This document shows, in pieces, positions 13,925 to 25,904 of a DNA stretch of 64,000 nt. Under the pieces are notes generated by a model. It saw only the letters and a program-made list of their open reading frames with translations, did not search any database and was not told the DNA's origin. Made by a program: the position numbers and the translations under genes. This DNA is from Cetorhinus maximus (taxonomy: Eukaryota): positions 122,450,001-122,514,000 of the forward strand of contig NC_135888.1 in NCBI RefSeq assembly GCF_964194155.1, in the 5' to 3' direction. The stretch's first letter is position 1. Each line of letters begins with the position of its first letter.

Positions 13925-16095
13925 TGTTCATGGGATGTGAGCGTCACTGATAAGGCCAATGTTGATCACCCATTTCTAATTGCCCTTTAGAAGATGCTGT
14001 TAAGCCACCTTCTAGAAGTGCTGGAGACTCCATGTGGTGTAGGTACACCCACAATGCTGTTAGGGAGGGGGTTCTAGGATTTGACACAGCAATGAAGGAA
14101 CAGCGATGTATTTCCAAGTCAGGATGGTGTGTAGCTTAGAGGGGAACTTGCAGGTGCTGGCGTTCCCATGCATCTGCTGCCCTTGTCCTTCTGAGTGTAG
14201 CCACAATATTTATATGACCGTTCAGTTCAGTTTCTAGTCATGGTAACCTCCAGGATGTTGATGCGGGGGATGCAGTGATGGCAGTGCTGATGAACGTCAA
14301 GGGGAGATGTCTCTTATTCGTGTGACAAAACTATAATAATTTTCATATTTTTATGGTTTATTGTGAAGTAGGTTTATGGGGGTAAGTATAGTTGGGTCTG
14401 TCTGTTGTGATTTAATTACATTTGGGGTCAAGTGGACTGCAAGCTTGAAATCATCAAAAGAAGCTTCGTGCTTGACATGCTAATGAGTAAACATGGATGC
14501 TGGCTTTGCATGCAAGGTGTACCGTAATTTGCATTTTTAGATGAAGGGATTGTTGGATTTCAAAGGGATCTTAGTTTGTTTACAACTAGGCAGATAAGCA
14601 AGGCCAAGGACTGTGTTTATTTTTCCCAAAGTTTACTAACAATATTGGCAACATGAAAGTTTTTATATTATGAGGAAGATACAGTTTCAAAGACACATGG
14701 AACAATAGAATTTACATATTAAAAAGAGAGAAATATATATATATATAAAGGAAAATGAAAGGTCTACGTGGGAGAAGGCCATGTAAGATCTAACAGGAGT
14801 GTGTGAAATAACCTTAATGAAGCCTCCAGCCATTTGTGTGGAAGTCTGCTATATAACAAAACTGAAGTTGGGGGAAAGCCATTTGGAATTCCACTGTCAA
14901 GTGGGTATTGTGTTAACTTGCTGGTCCTGTTTTAAACCCAAAATCTATTTTGGACTGCTGTCTTAAAGGGGGTATAACTGGGAGTCAGATCAGTTAGGAG
15001 TTTTGGAATTTGTTATTGTAGTAAGTAATTGTAGTCTTATGTATGTGAACGAAATCTTTATTGATGTTAATAAATATTTCAATTTAATTTTTAAAATCTC
15101 TAAAGATCTTGGTAAACTCTTACTTCTGAAGTCAAGTGTACACATCTTCTCGTAATAAATACAAATTGCAAAACCATTTTGATAGCACGAGCAAGTTGCA
15201 CTTGTGAATTTGATCCGCCTGGCACACATCGTCTGCCACGTCGTAACATTGGAGACGTAGTCACTGCCTGGATTTGCATGCTGTGAATGTTACTTGTTAC
15301 TTATCCACCCAGGCCTGAATGTTGTCCAGATCTTGCTGTATGAGGGGAGGGATTGCTTCAGTATGAGTCACAAATGGTGCTGAACATTATGCAATCATCA
15401 GTGAACACCCCAACTTCTGGCCTTATGACAAAGGGATGGTCATTGATGATGCAACCAAAGACGGTTGGGCACAGGACTTCGAAACCCCACTGTGATGTCC
15501 TGGGCCTGAACTGTCTGGCCTCTACAGCCATCTTCCTTTGTATTTGATAAAACTCCAACTGGTGGAGCTTTTCCCTTGACTCCCACTGAATTCAATTTTG
15601 CTGGGGTCCCTGTAACACTTAATCAAATGTCACCTTGATGTCAAGTGAAGTCACTCTCACCTTACTCTATGGATTCAGCTCTTTTGTTCATATTTAGACC
15701 AAGGCTACAATGAGTTCAGGAACAGAGTGACCCTGGCAGAACCCAGCATAAGAATTGGGGAGCAGGTTATTGCTGAGTAAATGCCACTTGATAACCCTGT
15801 CAGAAATGCTTCCATCAATTTACTGATGATTGAGTAAACCGATGGGGTGGTTATTGGGTCTACCTTGCTTTTTGAGGACAGGATATACCTGGTCAATTTT
15901 CCACGTCAGTTAGGTGCACTGGGACAGCTTGGCTAGGGGCACAACTAGTTTGGTGATGATGGGAGGAAGCAGAGATGGATGGATCCACTCAGCATTTCTG
16001 GCTGAAGATGTTACAAATGCTTCAGCCATGTCATTGGCACTGGCATGTTGGGCTCGCCCATCAGCAGGGATGGGGATGTTTCTGGAGCTTCCTCT
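13925..16095 (-). mobile_element. tRNA-headed CR1-group LINE family copy (RT region and 3' tail), split by a solo LTR
   Basis: FTDDC RT motif (YADD equivalent), SIISKLME, shared 3' tail. Collinear with 45350-46275 and 20650-21235. Confidence 0.85.
14321..15248 (+). mobile_element. Solo LTR (Gypsy-like)
   Basis: Termini TGTGAC...GTAACA, near-perfect 4-bp TSD (TTCG/TTGG). The host LINE is collinear across the insertion. Confidence 0.75.
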
Positions 16096-16099
16096 CCGC

Positions 16100-18598
16100 C
16101 TGCTACACTCCCCCTTCCCCTCCCCTCTTTCATACTCCTCCATACCACTCCTGTCCCTCTCCTCCCCCCCTGCCCCTCCCATTCACCCGTCCCCTCTCAC
16201 ATTGTCCTCTACTTCCTCCTCTCCCACTTTCCCCACCTCCTTCAACCTCTCCCACTCTCCCCATCCCCCTCCCCTTTCTCCCTCCCACTCTCACCACTCC
16301 TCTCCATTCTCCTTTCCTCTCCCCACTTCTCTCTCCCTCCACCTATCACTTTCCCCAACTCCTCCTATCTCTTCTTTCCCCCCCCTCCTCTTATCTCTTC
16401 TTTCCCCTCTTCTTATCTCTTCTTTTCACTCCTCCAGCTCCTCTTCTTTCTCCTCCTGCTCCTCCTCTTCTTTCCCCTCCTCCCTCCTCCTATCTCTTCT
16501 TTCCCCGCGTCCTCCTCCTATCTCTTCTTTCCCCTCATCCTCTTCATATCTCTTCTGTCCCCTCCTCCTCTTCATTCCCCTCCTCCTCTTCATATTTCTT
16601 CTTTCCCGTCCTCCACTTCATATCTCTTCATTCCCCTCCTCCTCTTCATATCTCTTCTTCCCCCTACTCTTCATATCTCTTCTTTCCCCGCTTCTTCTTC
16701 ATATCTCTTCTTTCCCCAACGCCTCCTCTTCATATCTCTTCTTTCCCCTCCTCCTCCTCTTCATATCTCTTCTTTCCCCTCCTCCACTTCATATCTCTTC
16801 CTTCCCCTCCTCCTCCTCCTCTTCATTTCTCTTCTTTGCCCTCCTCCTCTTCATATCTCTGCTTTCCCCTCCTCCTCTTCATATCTCTTCTGTCCCCTCC
16901 TCCTCTTCATATCTCTTCTTTCCCCTCCTCCTGCTCCTCTTCATATCTCTTCTTTCCCCTCCTTCTCTTCTTCATATCTCTTCTTTCCCCAAATCCTCCT
17001 CTTCATCTCTTCTTTCCCCTCCGCCTCCTCCTCTTCATATCTCTTCTTTCCCCTCCTCCTCTTCATATCTCTTCTGTCCCCTCCTCCTCTTCATATCTCT
17101 TCTGTCCCCTCCTCCTCTTCATATCTCTTCTGTCCCCTCCTCCTCTTCATATCTCTTCTGTCCCCTCCTCCTCTTCATATCTCTTCTTTCCCCTCCTCCT
17201 CCTCTTATCTCTTCTTTCCCCTCCTCCTCTTCATATCTCTTATTTCCCGTCCGCCTCCACCTCTTCATATCTCTTCTTTCGCCTCCTCCTCTTCATATCT
17301 CTTCTTTCGCCGCCTCCTCTTCATATCTCTTCTTTCCCCTCCTCTTCATATCTCTTCTTTCCCCTCCTCCTCTTCATATCTCTTCTTTCCCCTCCTCCTC
17401 CTCTATATATCTCTTCTTTCCCCTCCTCCTCCTCTTCATAGCTCTTCTTTCCCCTCCTCCTCTTCATAGCTCTTCTTTCCCCTCCTCCTTCTCTTCATAC
17501 TCTTCTTTCCCCTCCTCCTCCTCTATATATCTCTTCTTTCCCCTCCTCCTCTTCATATCTCTTCTGTCCCCTCCTCCTCTTCATATTTCTTCTGTCCCCT
17601 CCTCCTCTTCATATTTCTTCTGTCCCCTCCTCCTCTTCATATCTCATCTTTCCCATCGGCCTCTTCTTCATATCTCTTCTTTCCCCTCCTCTTCCTCTTC
17701 ATATCTCTTCTTTCCCCTCCTCCTCCTCTTCATATCTCTTCTTTCCACTCCTCCTCCTCTTCATCTCTTCTTTCTCCTCCGCCTCCACCTCTTGATATCT
17801 CTTTCCCCTCCTCCTCCTCTTCATATCTCTCCTTTCCCCTCCTCCTCTTCATATCTCTTCTTTCCCCTCCCCCTCCTTTTCATATCTCTTCGTTCCCCTA
17901 CTCCTCCTCATCTCTTCTTTCCTCTCCGCCTCCACCTCTTCATATCTCTTCTTTCCCCTCCTCCTCCTCCTCTATATATCTCTTCTTTCCCCATCTCCTC
18001 TTCATAGCTCTTCCTTCCCCTCCTCCTCCTCTTCATATCTCTTCTGTCCCCTCCTCCTCTTCATATCTCTTCTGTCCCCATCTCCTGTTCATATCTCATC
18101 TTTCCCCTCCTCTTCTTCTTCATATCTCTTCTTTCTCCTCCTCTTCCTNNNNNNNNNNNNNNNNNNNNNNNNNNNNNNNNNNNNNNNNNNNNNNNNNNNN
18201 NNNNNNNNNNNNNNNNNNNNNNNNNNNNNNNNNNNNNNNNNNNNNNNNNNNNNNNNNNNNNNNNNNNNNNNNNNNNNNNNNNNNNNNNNNNNNNNNNNNN
18301 NNNNNNNNNNNNNNNNNNNNNNNNNNNNNNNNNNNNNNNNNNNNNNNNTTCCCCTCCTCCTCCTACCTCTTCTCTCCCCTTCCTCCTCCTCTCGTCTCTC
18401 CCCACCTCTCTTCACTCCCCCCCATCTACTCTCTTCAGTCCCCCTCCTCTCTTCACTGCCCCTTCCCTCTTCTCTTCCCTCCTCCTCTCTCTTTCCCCCC
18501 ATCTCCTCTCTTTTCTCCCCCCTCCTCCTCTCTTCACTGCCCCTTCCCTCTTCCCTCCCCTCCTCCTCTCTTCTCTCCCCCTCCTCCTCCCTCTCTCC
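16100..18598. repeat. Polypyrimidine/polypurine minisatellite, unit about CCTCCTCCTCTTCATATCTCTTCTTTCC (28-31 bp)
   Basis: Dozens of tandem units visible, with CT-rich flanks. Confidence 0.95.
18149..18348. other. Assembly gap (200 N)
   Basis: Run of N. Confidence 1.
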
Positions 18599-18699
18599 CG
18601 GTAGTGTCTCCACTGCTCACATCCTCACAAACATACTCAAAACCTGACGGCCAATGAGCTGCAGCCTTATTGTCCTGTGTCTCCTCCAATGCTGCCCAC

Positions 18700-19050
18700 A
18701 CTGCGGGGAGGGGGAGGGGAATCCCGCAAAACTGCCGTCCCGGCAAACTCCAGTCGCGCGCCAAAACCTAAAACATTCGCCCCCACAAGCGCTCGACCTC
18801 CGCCGCCATGAATTTTTTACTCTTACCGTGGCTGCTCGTGGCGATTTTAAGAATTCCAGTTCCGCACCTTTCCGCTCCGCCGACAAAATGGCGCCGTTGC
18901 TAAGTTGTATTTCTCCAATCCGATCACGTCGTCTATTTGCCCTGGGTGCGAGGTAGCCAATCAGAGCAGCCGTATTTCGCACGTGGCGAGGCGAAGTGAC
19001 GACGGCGGGGGAGGCTGGGCTTTGGGCGCGTGCGCAGTTACCAAGTCAGA
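18700..19050 (-). promoter_or_regulatory. HMGXB3: CpG-island promoter and probable non-coding exon 1 of HMGXB3 (donor at 18827|18826)
   Basis: CpG-rich. YY1 motif AAAATGGCG near 18885, CCAAT boxes near 18916 and 18957, E-box CACGTG near 18980, NRF1-like GCGCGTGCGC near 19026. Minus-strand donor CACG|gtaaga. Confidence 0.7.
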
Positions 19051-19107
19051 GCTGGTCTGAAAGCACCATCTTGGTGCAGGCGGCAAGAGAGAGAGAAGGA
19101 GAGCGAT

Positions 19108-19205
19108 AGGGGGAATTGAAGAATAAATGTGTGTGGGCATTGAATAATAATATGAGGGCATTGAAGAATATGTCCGGGGGGATTGAAGAATAAATATGCG
19201 GGCGG
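19108..19205. repeat. About 4 tandem copies of a ~22-bp unit GGGCATTGAAGAATAAATATG
   Basis: Direct inspection. Confidence 0.7.
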
Positions 19206-19218
19206 GCAGGGGATTAGA

Positions 19219-21235
19219 GGGAGGCGATGGCATAGTGGTATTGTCGCTGGACAAATAATCCAGATACTCAGGTTAATGCTCTGGGCTCGAATCCCGCCAC
19301 GGAAGAATTTGAATTCAATAAAAATCTAGAACTAAAAGTCTAAAAACCCATCTGGTTCACTAATGTCCTTTAGCGAAGGAAATCTGTTGTCCTTAGGTAA
19401 CTCCGGACCCACAGCAATGTGGTTGACTTTTAAGTGCCCTCCGAAATGGCCTAGCAAGCCACTACAAAGTCACAAAAAAAGAATGAAACCGGACGGACCA
19501 CCCAGTATTGACCCAGGCACCGGAAACCTGCCGACCCTGCAAAGTCCTCCTTACTAACAGCCGGGCGGGCGGTGGCTAGTTCCAAAATTGGGAGAGCAAC
19601 AGCCTGATATAGTCATCCTCAAGGAATCATACCTTACAGATAACGTCTCAGAGCTGATTCACAGGCTAGTCAAGCAACAGCCTGACCTAGTCATACTCAC
19701 AAAATTGTACCTTACAGATAATGTCCCAGACATCACCATCCTTGGGTATGTCCTGTCGCACCGGGAGGACAGACCCAGCAGAGGTGGTGGCACGGCGGTA
19801 AATAGTCAGGAGGGAGTTGCCTCAACATCGACTCCAGACCCCATGAAGTCTCATGTTATCAGATTAAACATGGGCAAGGAAACCTCCTGCTGATTACCAT
19901 GTACCGCCCTCCCTCAGCTGATGAACCAGTGCTCTTCCATGTTGAACAGCACTTGGAGGAAGCATTAAGGGTTGCAAGGGCACAGAACGTACTCTGGGTG
20001 GGGGACTTAAATGTCCATCACCAAGAGTGGCTCAGTAGCACCACTACTGGCCGAATCCTAAAGGACATAGCTGCTATACTGGATCTGCGGCAGGTGGTGA
20101 GGGAACCAACAAGTGGGAAAAACTTACATGACCTCATCCATGACAGTATCAGTAGGAGTGACCACCGCACAGTCCTTATGAAGACAAAGTCACATCTTTA
20201 CGTTAAGAATAGCCTCGATCGTGCTGTGTGGCACTACCACCATGCTAAATAGGATAGATTTCAAACAGATCTGGCAACTCAAGACCAGGTATCCATGAGG
20301 CGCTGTGGGCCATCAACAGCGGCAAAATTATACTCCACCAAAATATGTAAACTCATGGCCTGGCATATCCCCACTCTACCATTATCACCAAGCCAGGGCA
20401 TCAACCCTGGTTCAATGAAGAGTGCAGGAGGGCATGCCAGGAGTAGCACCAGGCATACCCAAAAATGAAGTATCAACTGGTGAAGCTACAACACAGAATT
20501 ACTTGCATGTCAAACCACGTAAACAGCACACGACCAACAGAACTAAGCAATCCCACAACCAACAGACCAGATCTAACCTCTGCATTCCTGCCACATCTAG
20601 TCATGAATGGTGGTGGACAATTAAACAATTAACTGGAAGAGGAGGCTCCACAAATATCCTCATCTTCAATGATGGGGGAGCCCAGCACATCAGTGCAAAA
20701 GATAAGGCTGAAGCATTTGCAACAGTCTTCAACCAGAAGTGCCAAGTGGACGATCCATCTCGGCCTCCTCTGTTGGTCCCCAGCATCACAGATGCCAGTC
20801 TCCAGCCAATTCAATCACTCCACAGGATATCAAGAAATGGCTGAAGGCACCTGATACTGCAAAGGCTATGGGCCCTGACAATATTCCGGCAATAGTACTG
20901 AAGACTTGTGCTGCTCCACATTGAGGCTACCCGCCACCATGTTGTCTGGCACTACCACCATGCTAAATGGGATAGATTTCGAACAGACCTAGCAACTCAA
21001 GACTGGACATCCATGAACTTGGAATAGCCAAGTTATTCCAGTACAACTACAACACTGACATGTACCCGACAATGTGGAAAATTGCCCAGGTGTGTCCTGT
21101 CCACAAAAAGCACGACAAATACAACCCGGGAATTACCACCCCATTAGTCTACTCTCGATCATCAGTAAAGTGATGGAAGGGATTATCAACAGTGCTATCA
21201 AGCAGCACTTGCTTAGGAATAATCTGCTCACTGGT
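19219..21235 (+). mobile_element. CR1-group LINE copy with a tRNA-derived 5' head, APE endonuclease and start of RT; 3'-truncated
   Basis: A box TGGCATAGTGG at 19228, B box GGCTCGAATCC at 19284. APE motifs PDIVILKES, RGGG, YRPPS, GDLNVHH, SDH. RT-proximal motifs GPDNIP, WKIAQVCPVHKK, NYHPISLLS. Confidence 0.9.
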
Positions 21236-22476
21236 TGATCCCCTAGCTTGGTGGTAATGGTAGAGTGGGGACATGCCCGGCCATGAATTTACAGATTGTG
21301 GTGGAGTACAATTCTGCTGCTGCTGCTGATCCACAGTGCCTCATAGATGTCCAGTCTTGAGTTGCTAGGTCTGTTCGAAATCTATCCCATTTAGCATGGT
21401 GGTAGTGCCAGACAACATGATGGAGGGTAGCCTCAATGTGGAGAAGGGTCTTTGTCTCCACAAGGACTGTGCGGTGGTCACTCCCACTGATGCTATCATG
21501 GGCAGATGCATCTGTGGCATGCAGATCGATGAGGACGAGATCAAGTATGTTTTTCTCTCTTGTTGGTTCCCTCACCACCTGCCGCAGATCCAGTACAGCA
21601 GATACGTCCTTTAGTACTCAGCCAGCTCGGTCAGTAGTAGTGCTACTGAGCCATTCTTGGTGATGGACATTGAAGTCCCCCACCCAGAATGCATACTACA
21701 CTCTTGCCACCCTTAGTGCTTCCTCCAAATTGTGTTCAACATAGAGGAATACTGATTCATCAGCTGAGTGGGGGGTGGGGTGGGGGGGCGGGGAAGGTAC
21801 ATGGTAATCAGCAGGAGGTTTCCTTGCCCGTGTTTGACTTGATGCCTTGAGACTTTATGGGGTCTGGAGATGATGTTGAGGGCTCACAGGGCAACTCCCT
21901 CCCAACTGTGTACCACTGTGTCTCCACCTCTGCTGGGTCTGTCCTGCTGGTGGAATAGGAATTACCCAGAGATGGTGATGGTGGTGTCGATGACATTATC
22001 TGTAAAAAAAAATGATTCCATGAGGCTGATTATGTCAGACTGTTGCTTGACTAGTCTGCGAGACAGCTCTCCCAATTTTGGCATTAGATCCCAGGTGTTA
22101 GTTAGGAGAGGACTTTGCAGGGTTGATAGGGCTGAGTTTGCCGTTGTTGTTTCTGGTGCCTAACTTGATGCTGAGTGGTCCATTCGGTTTCATTCCCTAT
22201 GGACTTTGAAATGGCCTATCAAGCCACTCAGTTGTATCAAATGGCGACAGAGGGCAGTTAGGAGTCAACATGGGGTCACATGTAGGCCAGACCAGGTAAG
22301 GACTGCAGCTTTCCTTCTGTAAAGGACATTAGTGAACCAGATGGGTTTCTATGACAATCGACAACGGTTTCATGGTCATTGGACTTTTAATTCCAGCTTT
22401 TTTATTGTCCCCAGAGCATTACCCTGTGTCTTTGGATTACTGGTCCAGCAACAATATCACTAGCCACTGCCTCCCC
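21236..22476 (-). mobile_element. Second copy of the tRNA-headed LINE (head plus APE), convergent with the first and 3'-truncated
   Basis: VREPTREKNILDLVL..SDHRTVLVETK. The reverse complement of 22476-22250 matches the 19219 head. Confidence 0.88.
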
Positions 22477-22479
22477 AGG

Positions 22480-23340
22480 ACACTAGTCCCAACCCAGTTC
22501 AAGTGGAGCCCATTCCAGCAAAATAGCTTACTCTTCCCTGAGTACTGATCCGTGAATCAAAACCCCTTCTTCCCACACCACTCTTTGAACCACACTTTTC
22601 ATTTTCTAATCCGCTTGACCCTATGCCACTTGACGCATGACTCAGGTAACAATCCAGAGATGATTACCTTTGGTGTTCTGCTTTTTAATTTGGACCTTAA
22701 CTCCTCACATTCTCTTAACAAAATATCATTCCTGGTTCCATCTGTATCGTTGGTTCCCCTGTAGACCACGACAATTGAATTCTCGCCCTCCAACTTCAAG
22801 TTCCTCTCCAGCCGCAAGGGGATGTCCTTAACCCTGGCACCAGGCAGGCAAAAGAACCTTCGGAGCGCCCGGCTGCAGCTGCAGAGGACAGGATCTATCC
22901 CCATCTCCTATCGGTACAGCATTCCTTTTTGCTCCCCGCCCCACTTGAATGGCATACTTCACCATGGTGCCATGGCCAATCTGCTCATCCACCTTGCAGA
23001 CCTTCTCCTCATCCACACAGGTAGCAAGCACCTTGTACCTGTTGGACAAACTCAGGGCTGAGGCTACATCACTACATGCCAATTCCTCTTCCTGTCGCAG
23101 TCACACCCTCCTGTCCCTGACCACTGACCAACTCTAAGGTTCTACCTAGCCTAAGGGGTGTGACTGCCTCCTGGAACAGTGACCAGGTAACCACCCAATG
23201 TCTGCAACTCAGACTCAGCTCAGCAACTCGAGCCGAAGTTGCCTAAGCTGCAGACACTCACTGCAGTTATGGTTGGCCAGGATTGCAGTGCATTCTACAG
23301 ATTTCCACATACTGTAGTCACAGCACACCACTAGCCCTGC
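22480..23340 (-). mobile_element. CR1 ORF1 fragment (SGNH/GDSL esterase domain)
   Basis: CLPGARVKDI...VVVYRGTND...VIISGLLP and LSNRYKVL motifs. Confidence 0.85.
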
Positions 23341-23775
23341 CATTTCTGTCCAACCTTATTAGTCAATTAGTTAATTTACACTGATGTGTAAATGTGGGGG
23401 GAATTCATCATTAAATCTTTTGTGGATAGTGTTTGGGAACAAATGCAGGATATCAGTTTCCCACAACTCATTCGCCAGCCTTAAAGCGAAGTGACAGTGA
23501 TAGTGGAGGTTTGTGTGTGAACCAGCGGTTTGTCCCTCTGTGGGTGCCCAGAAACATGTGGTGGCTCCAGAGAGGGATGGGGGATTGCTCTTGATTTTTG
23601 TTATTTTACCGCAATCTGAAGCTATAAAAAAAAAGTGGCAGAACTTTTTTCCTGATTAATGAAGCAGCTGGTCACAACATTTGCCAGTCACAATCATCAA
23701 CTCCTCACCCTCCTCACAGCCTGACACTCACCCTAATCGAAGGACTGGTCCTAGCTCCAGCTTTTGGCTCCACTT

Positions 23776-24190
23776 GTGTTAGCCACAGCTCAGCTGGTAG
23801 GACTGTAGCTTCTGAGTCAGGAAATTGTGGCTTTAAGTCATGCTCCAAGACTTGAGCACAAAAATCCAAAGCTGACACACTAGTACAGTGCTGACAAAGG
23901 TGTCATATTTCAACGGAGATATAAATTGAGGTGTCATATTTCAACGGAGATATAAATTGAGGTCGTCTCAGGTTGACATGATCCCATGGCACTATTTCGA
24001 AGAGCAGCAGGGGAGTTACCCTTGGTGCCCTGATTAATATTTATCACTCATTCTTCATCACAAAAAGATTATCTGGTCATTATCACATTGTTGTTTGTGT
24101 GAATTTGCTCTGTGCAAACTGGCTGCCGTGTTTCCTACATTACAGCAGCAATTACAAAGCTCTATATAAATGTAAGTCTTTCTTATTTCT
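23776..24190 (+). mobile_element. Near full-length DeuSINE/SacSINE1-like SINE with a perfect 31-bp internal tandem duplication (23898-23959)
   Basis: tRNA-like head, central GATCCCATGGCACTATTTCGAAGAGCAG region, tail TATATAAATGTAAGTCTTTC. Family name is from recall. Confidence 0.75.
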
Positions 24191-25595
24191 TTCCACTTAC
24201 AAAAATGCACAAGATCATGAGCAAAACTCAGAAGTCACACCTCTCGCGATGGATTCGTGTACAGAGTTGGCACATCTATTGAAGCTTCATCACAGAAAAT
24301 CGTGTGATCAAACAGCAGGGGAGTACAGCAATTTGTAGCTCCGCCTGTCTCTCAGGCTTCACTTGTATAGGAAACTTCCTGCACTTCTGTGACTATGGAT
24401 TCCAGATATTAGTGATCTGCCAAAGTGACTTGTCTTTTTATCCAGTCTATACAGAAATTGGAGAACATTCTTCAATCGTTGTGTATATTAATGTCAGAGA
24501 ACAGATTTTTAGATACTGAGGGAATCAAGGGATATGGGATAATGCAGGAAAGTTTAGTCGAGGTAGATCAGCCATGATCTTATTGAATAGCTAAGCAAAC
24601 TTGAGAGACTGAATGGTCTACTGCTATTCCTTATATTCATGGACATCTATCCACAAAAGGCTGCATTTTTAAAAAGCAATATTGAGTATCCAATCATTGA
24701 TAAGGGCAAGGATATCTGTAACTGAATGATATAGCTCAAACAATTCACACCTGGGGTATCCCATTGCGTCTGTCTAAGCAATGCATATGTATATACTATG
24801 ATCAGCAAGCAGTAAACAGAATTTCTTAAAAGTACAGACCTGTATTCCTGCCAAGTTTCTAAAATTCCTTCCAGGTCACATTTCCACAGACACCAATAAT
24901 CTTCCTAACCTAAACTAATGTTGGTAGGTTTTGCAACCATGGGTTAATCGAGGGGAATTACTGTGCAGATTGATCCTGTCCTCAACAACTGCATGTCCAA
25001 AAAACATTCACTTTACAGCAATGTAGCCTGATTTTCTTTGCCCCCCTCCCAGTCCATGATCAGTGAAGTGAACTATACCTGTACAATTCCTGTCCTGTCT
25101 ATGCCCAAAATGATTATCACACACAAATTGAATCTGGACCTCTGTACTGTACTTGCCTCTGTATAAAACAAGCCAGTGCATTCACCCGCTAAACCATTCA
25201 GGAAGTTGTGTCTTCCTGAAAAATTAAATTGATGCCAAAGTATTTTAACTTACTCAATGAATAAAAGTAACATCTGGCCGAAGTAGTGATTAAACTTGAA
25301 AGTTCCTAATTGCAAGATCAATTTGGCTCTCACATTGCACCAAAGTATTATCCTCAACATTTATATATTAATCCACACTTGCAACAGAATAATAGCCATT
25401 CTCAATGAAGACTAAACATTTGACTAGAAATAATCGAATAAATAAAAATGGTGGTGCATTTTCTTTAGCAGTCTTTTATTAAAAACATGGGCATTGTTTA
25501 GTTAAATTACAAAAGGTTTAGATATGGCAATGAAAGTAGCTTTCCAAATACAGAATTGCATGGTTCAGACCTGTACCCAGCCTTTCTCTTTTGTA

Positions 25596-25728
25596 TCAAT
25601 CACTTCTGAAATCTTCATAATTTTCAGGTAATGGCATTACTTTCTGACCAGAGGCAGGTATTAGATACAATATTCCAGCATTTGGAACAATATTCCACGA
25701 AAGGGACAAGGAGACATTCTTATTTCCT
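25596..25728 (-). CDS. SPCS3: SPCS3-like exon 5 (GNKNVSLSLSWNIVPNAGILYLIPASGQKVMPLPENYEDFRSD*)
   Basis: Acceptor ccccaag|A, TGA at 25596-25598. LSWNxVPNAGIL motif. Minus-strand AATAAA at 25475-25480. Confidence 0.93.
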
Positions 25729-25904
25729 CTTGGGGATGGAGGTGAGGGAAGAAAGTGGAAAAAAAAACATTAACAGTAGCTGCACATCGTTCAAATCACA
25801 ATCATCTGACAATTCCAGAAACATGGTTTTGACAACACTAGACATTTAGATTCACATTAGGATAAATTGAAAATCCCTCTTTTATTTGCTCTGCGCTGTC
25901 TTTT

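Noticed and set aside
15914-18007. Long ORFs of 697, 488 and 474 aa
   Set aside because: They are artefacts of the stop-poor CT minisatellite and are open in all three frames.
16500-18148. Regular ~30-bp repeats resembling a CRISPR array
   Set aside because: The units are tandem with no unique spacers, and the context is eukaryotic.
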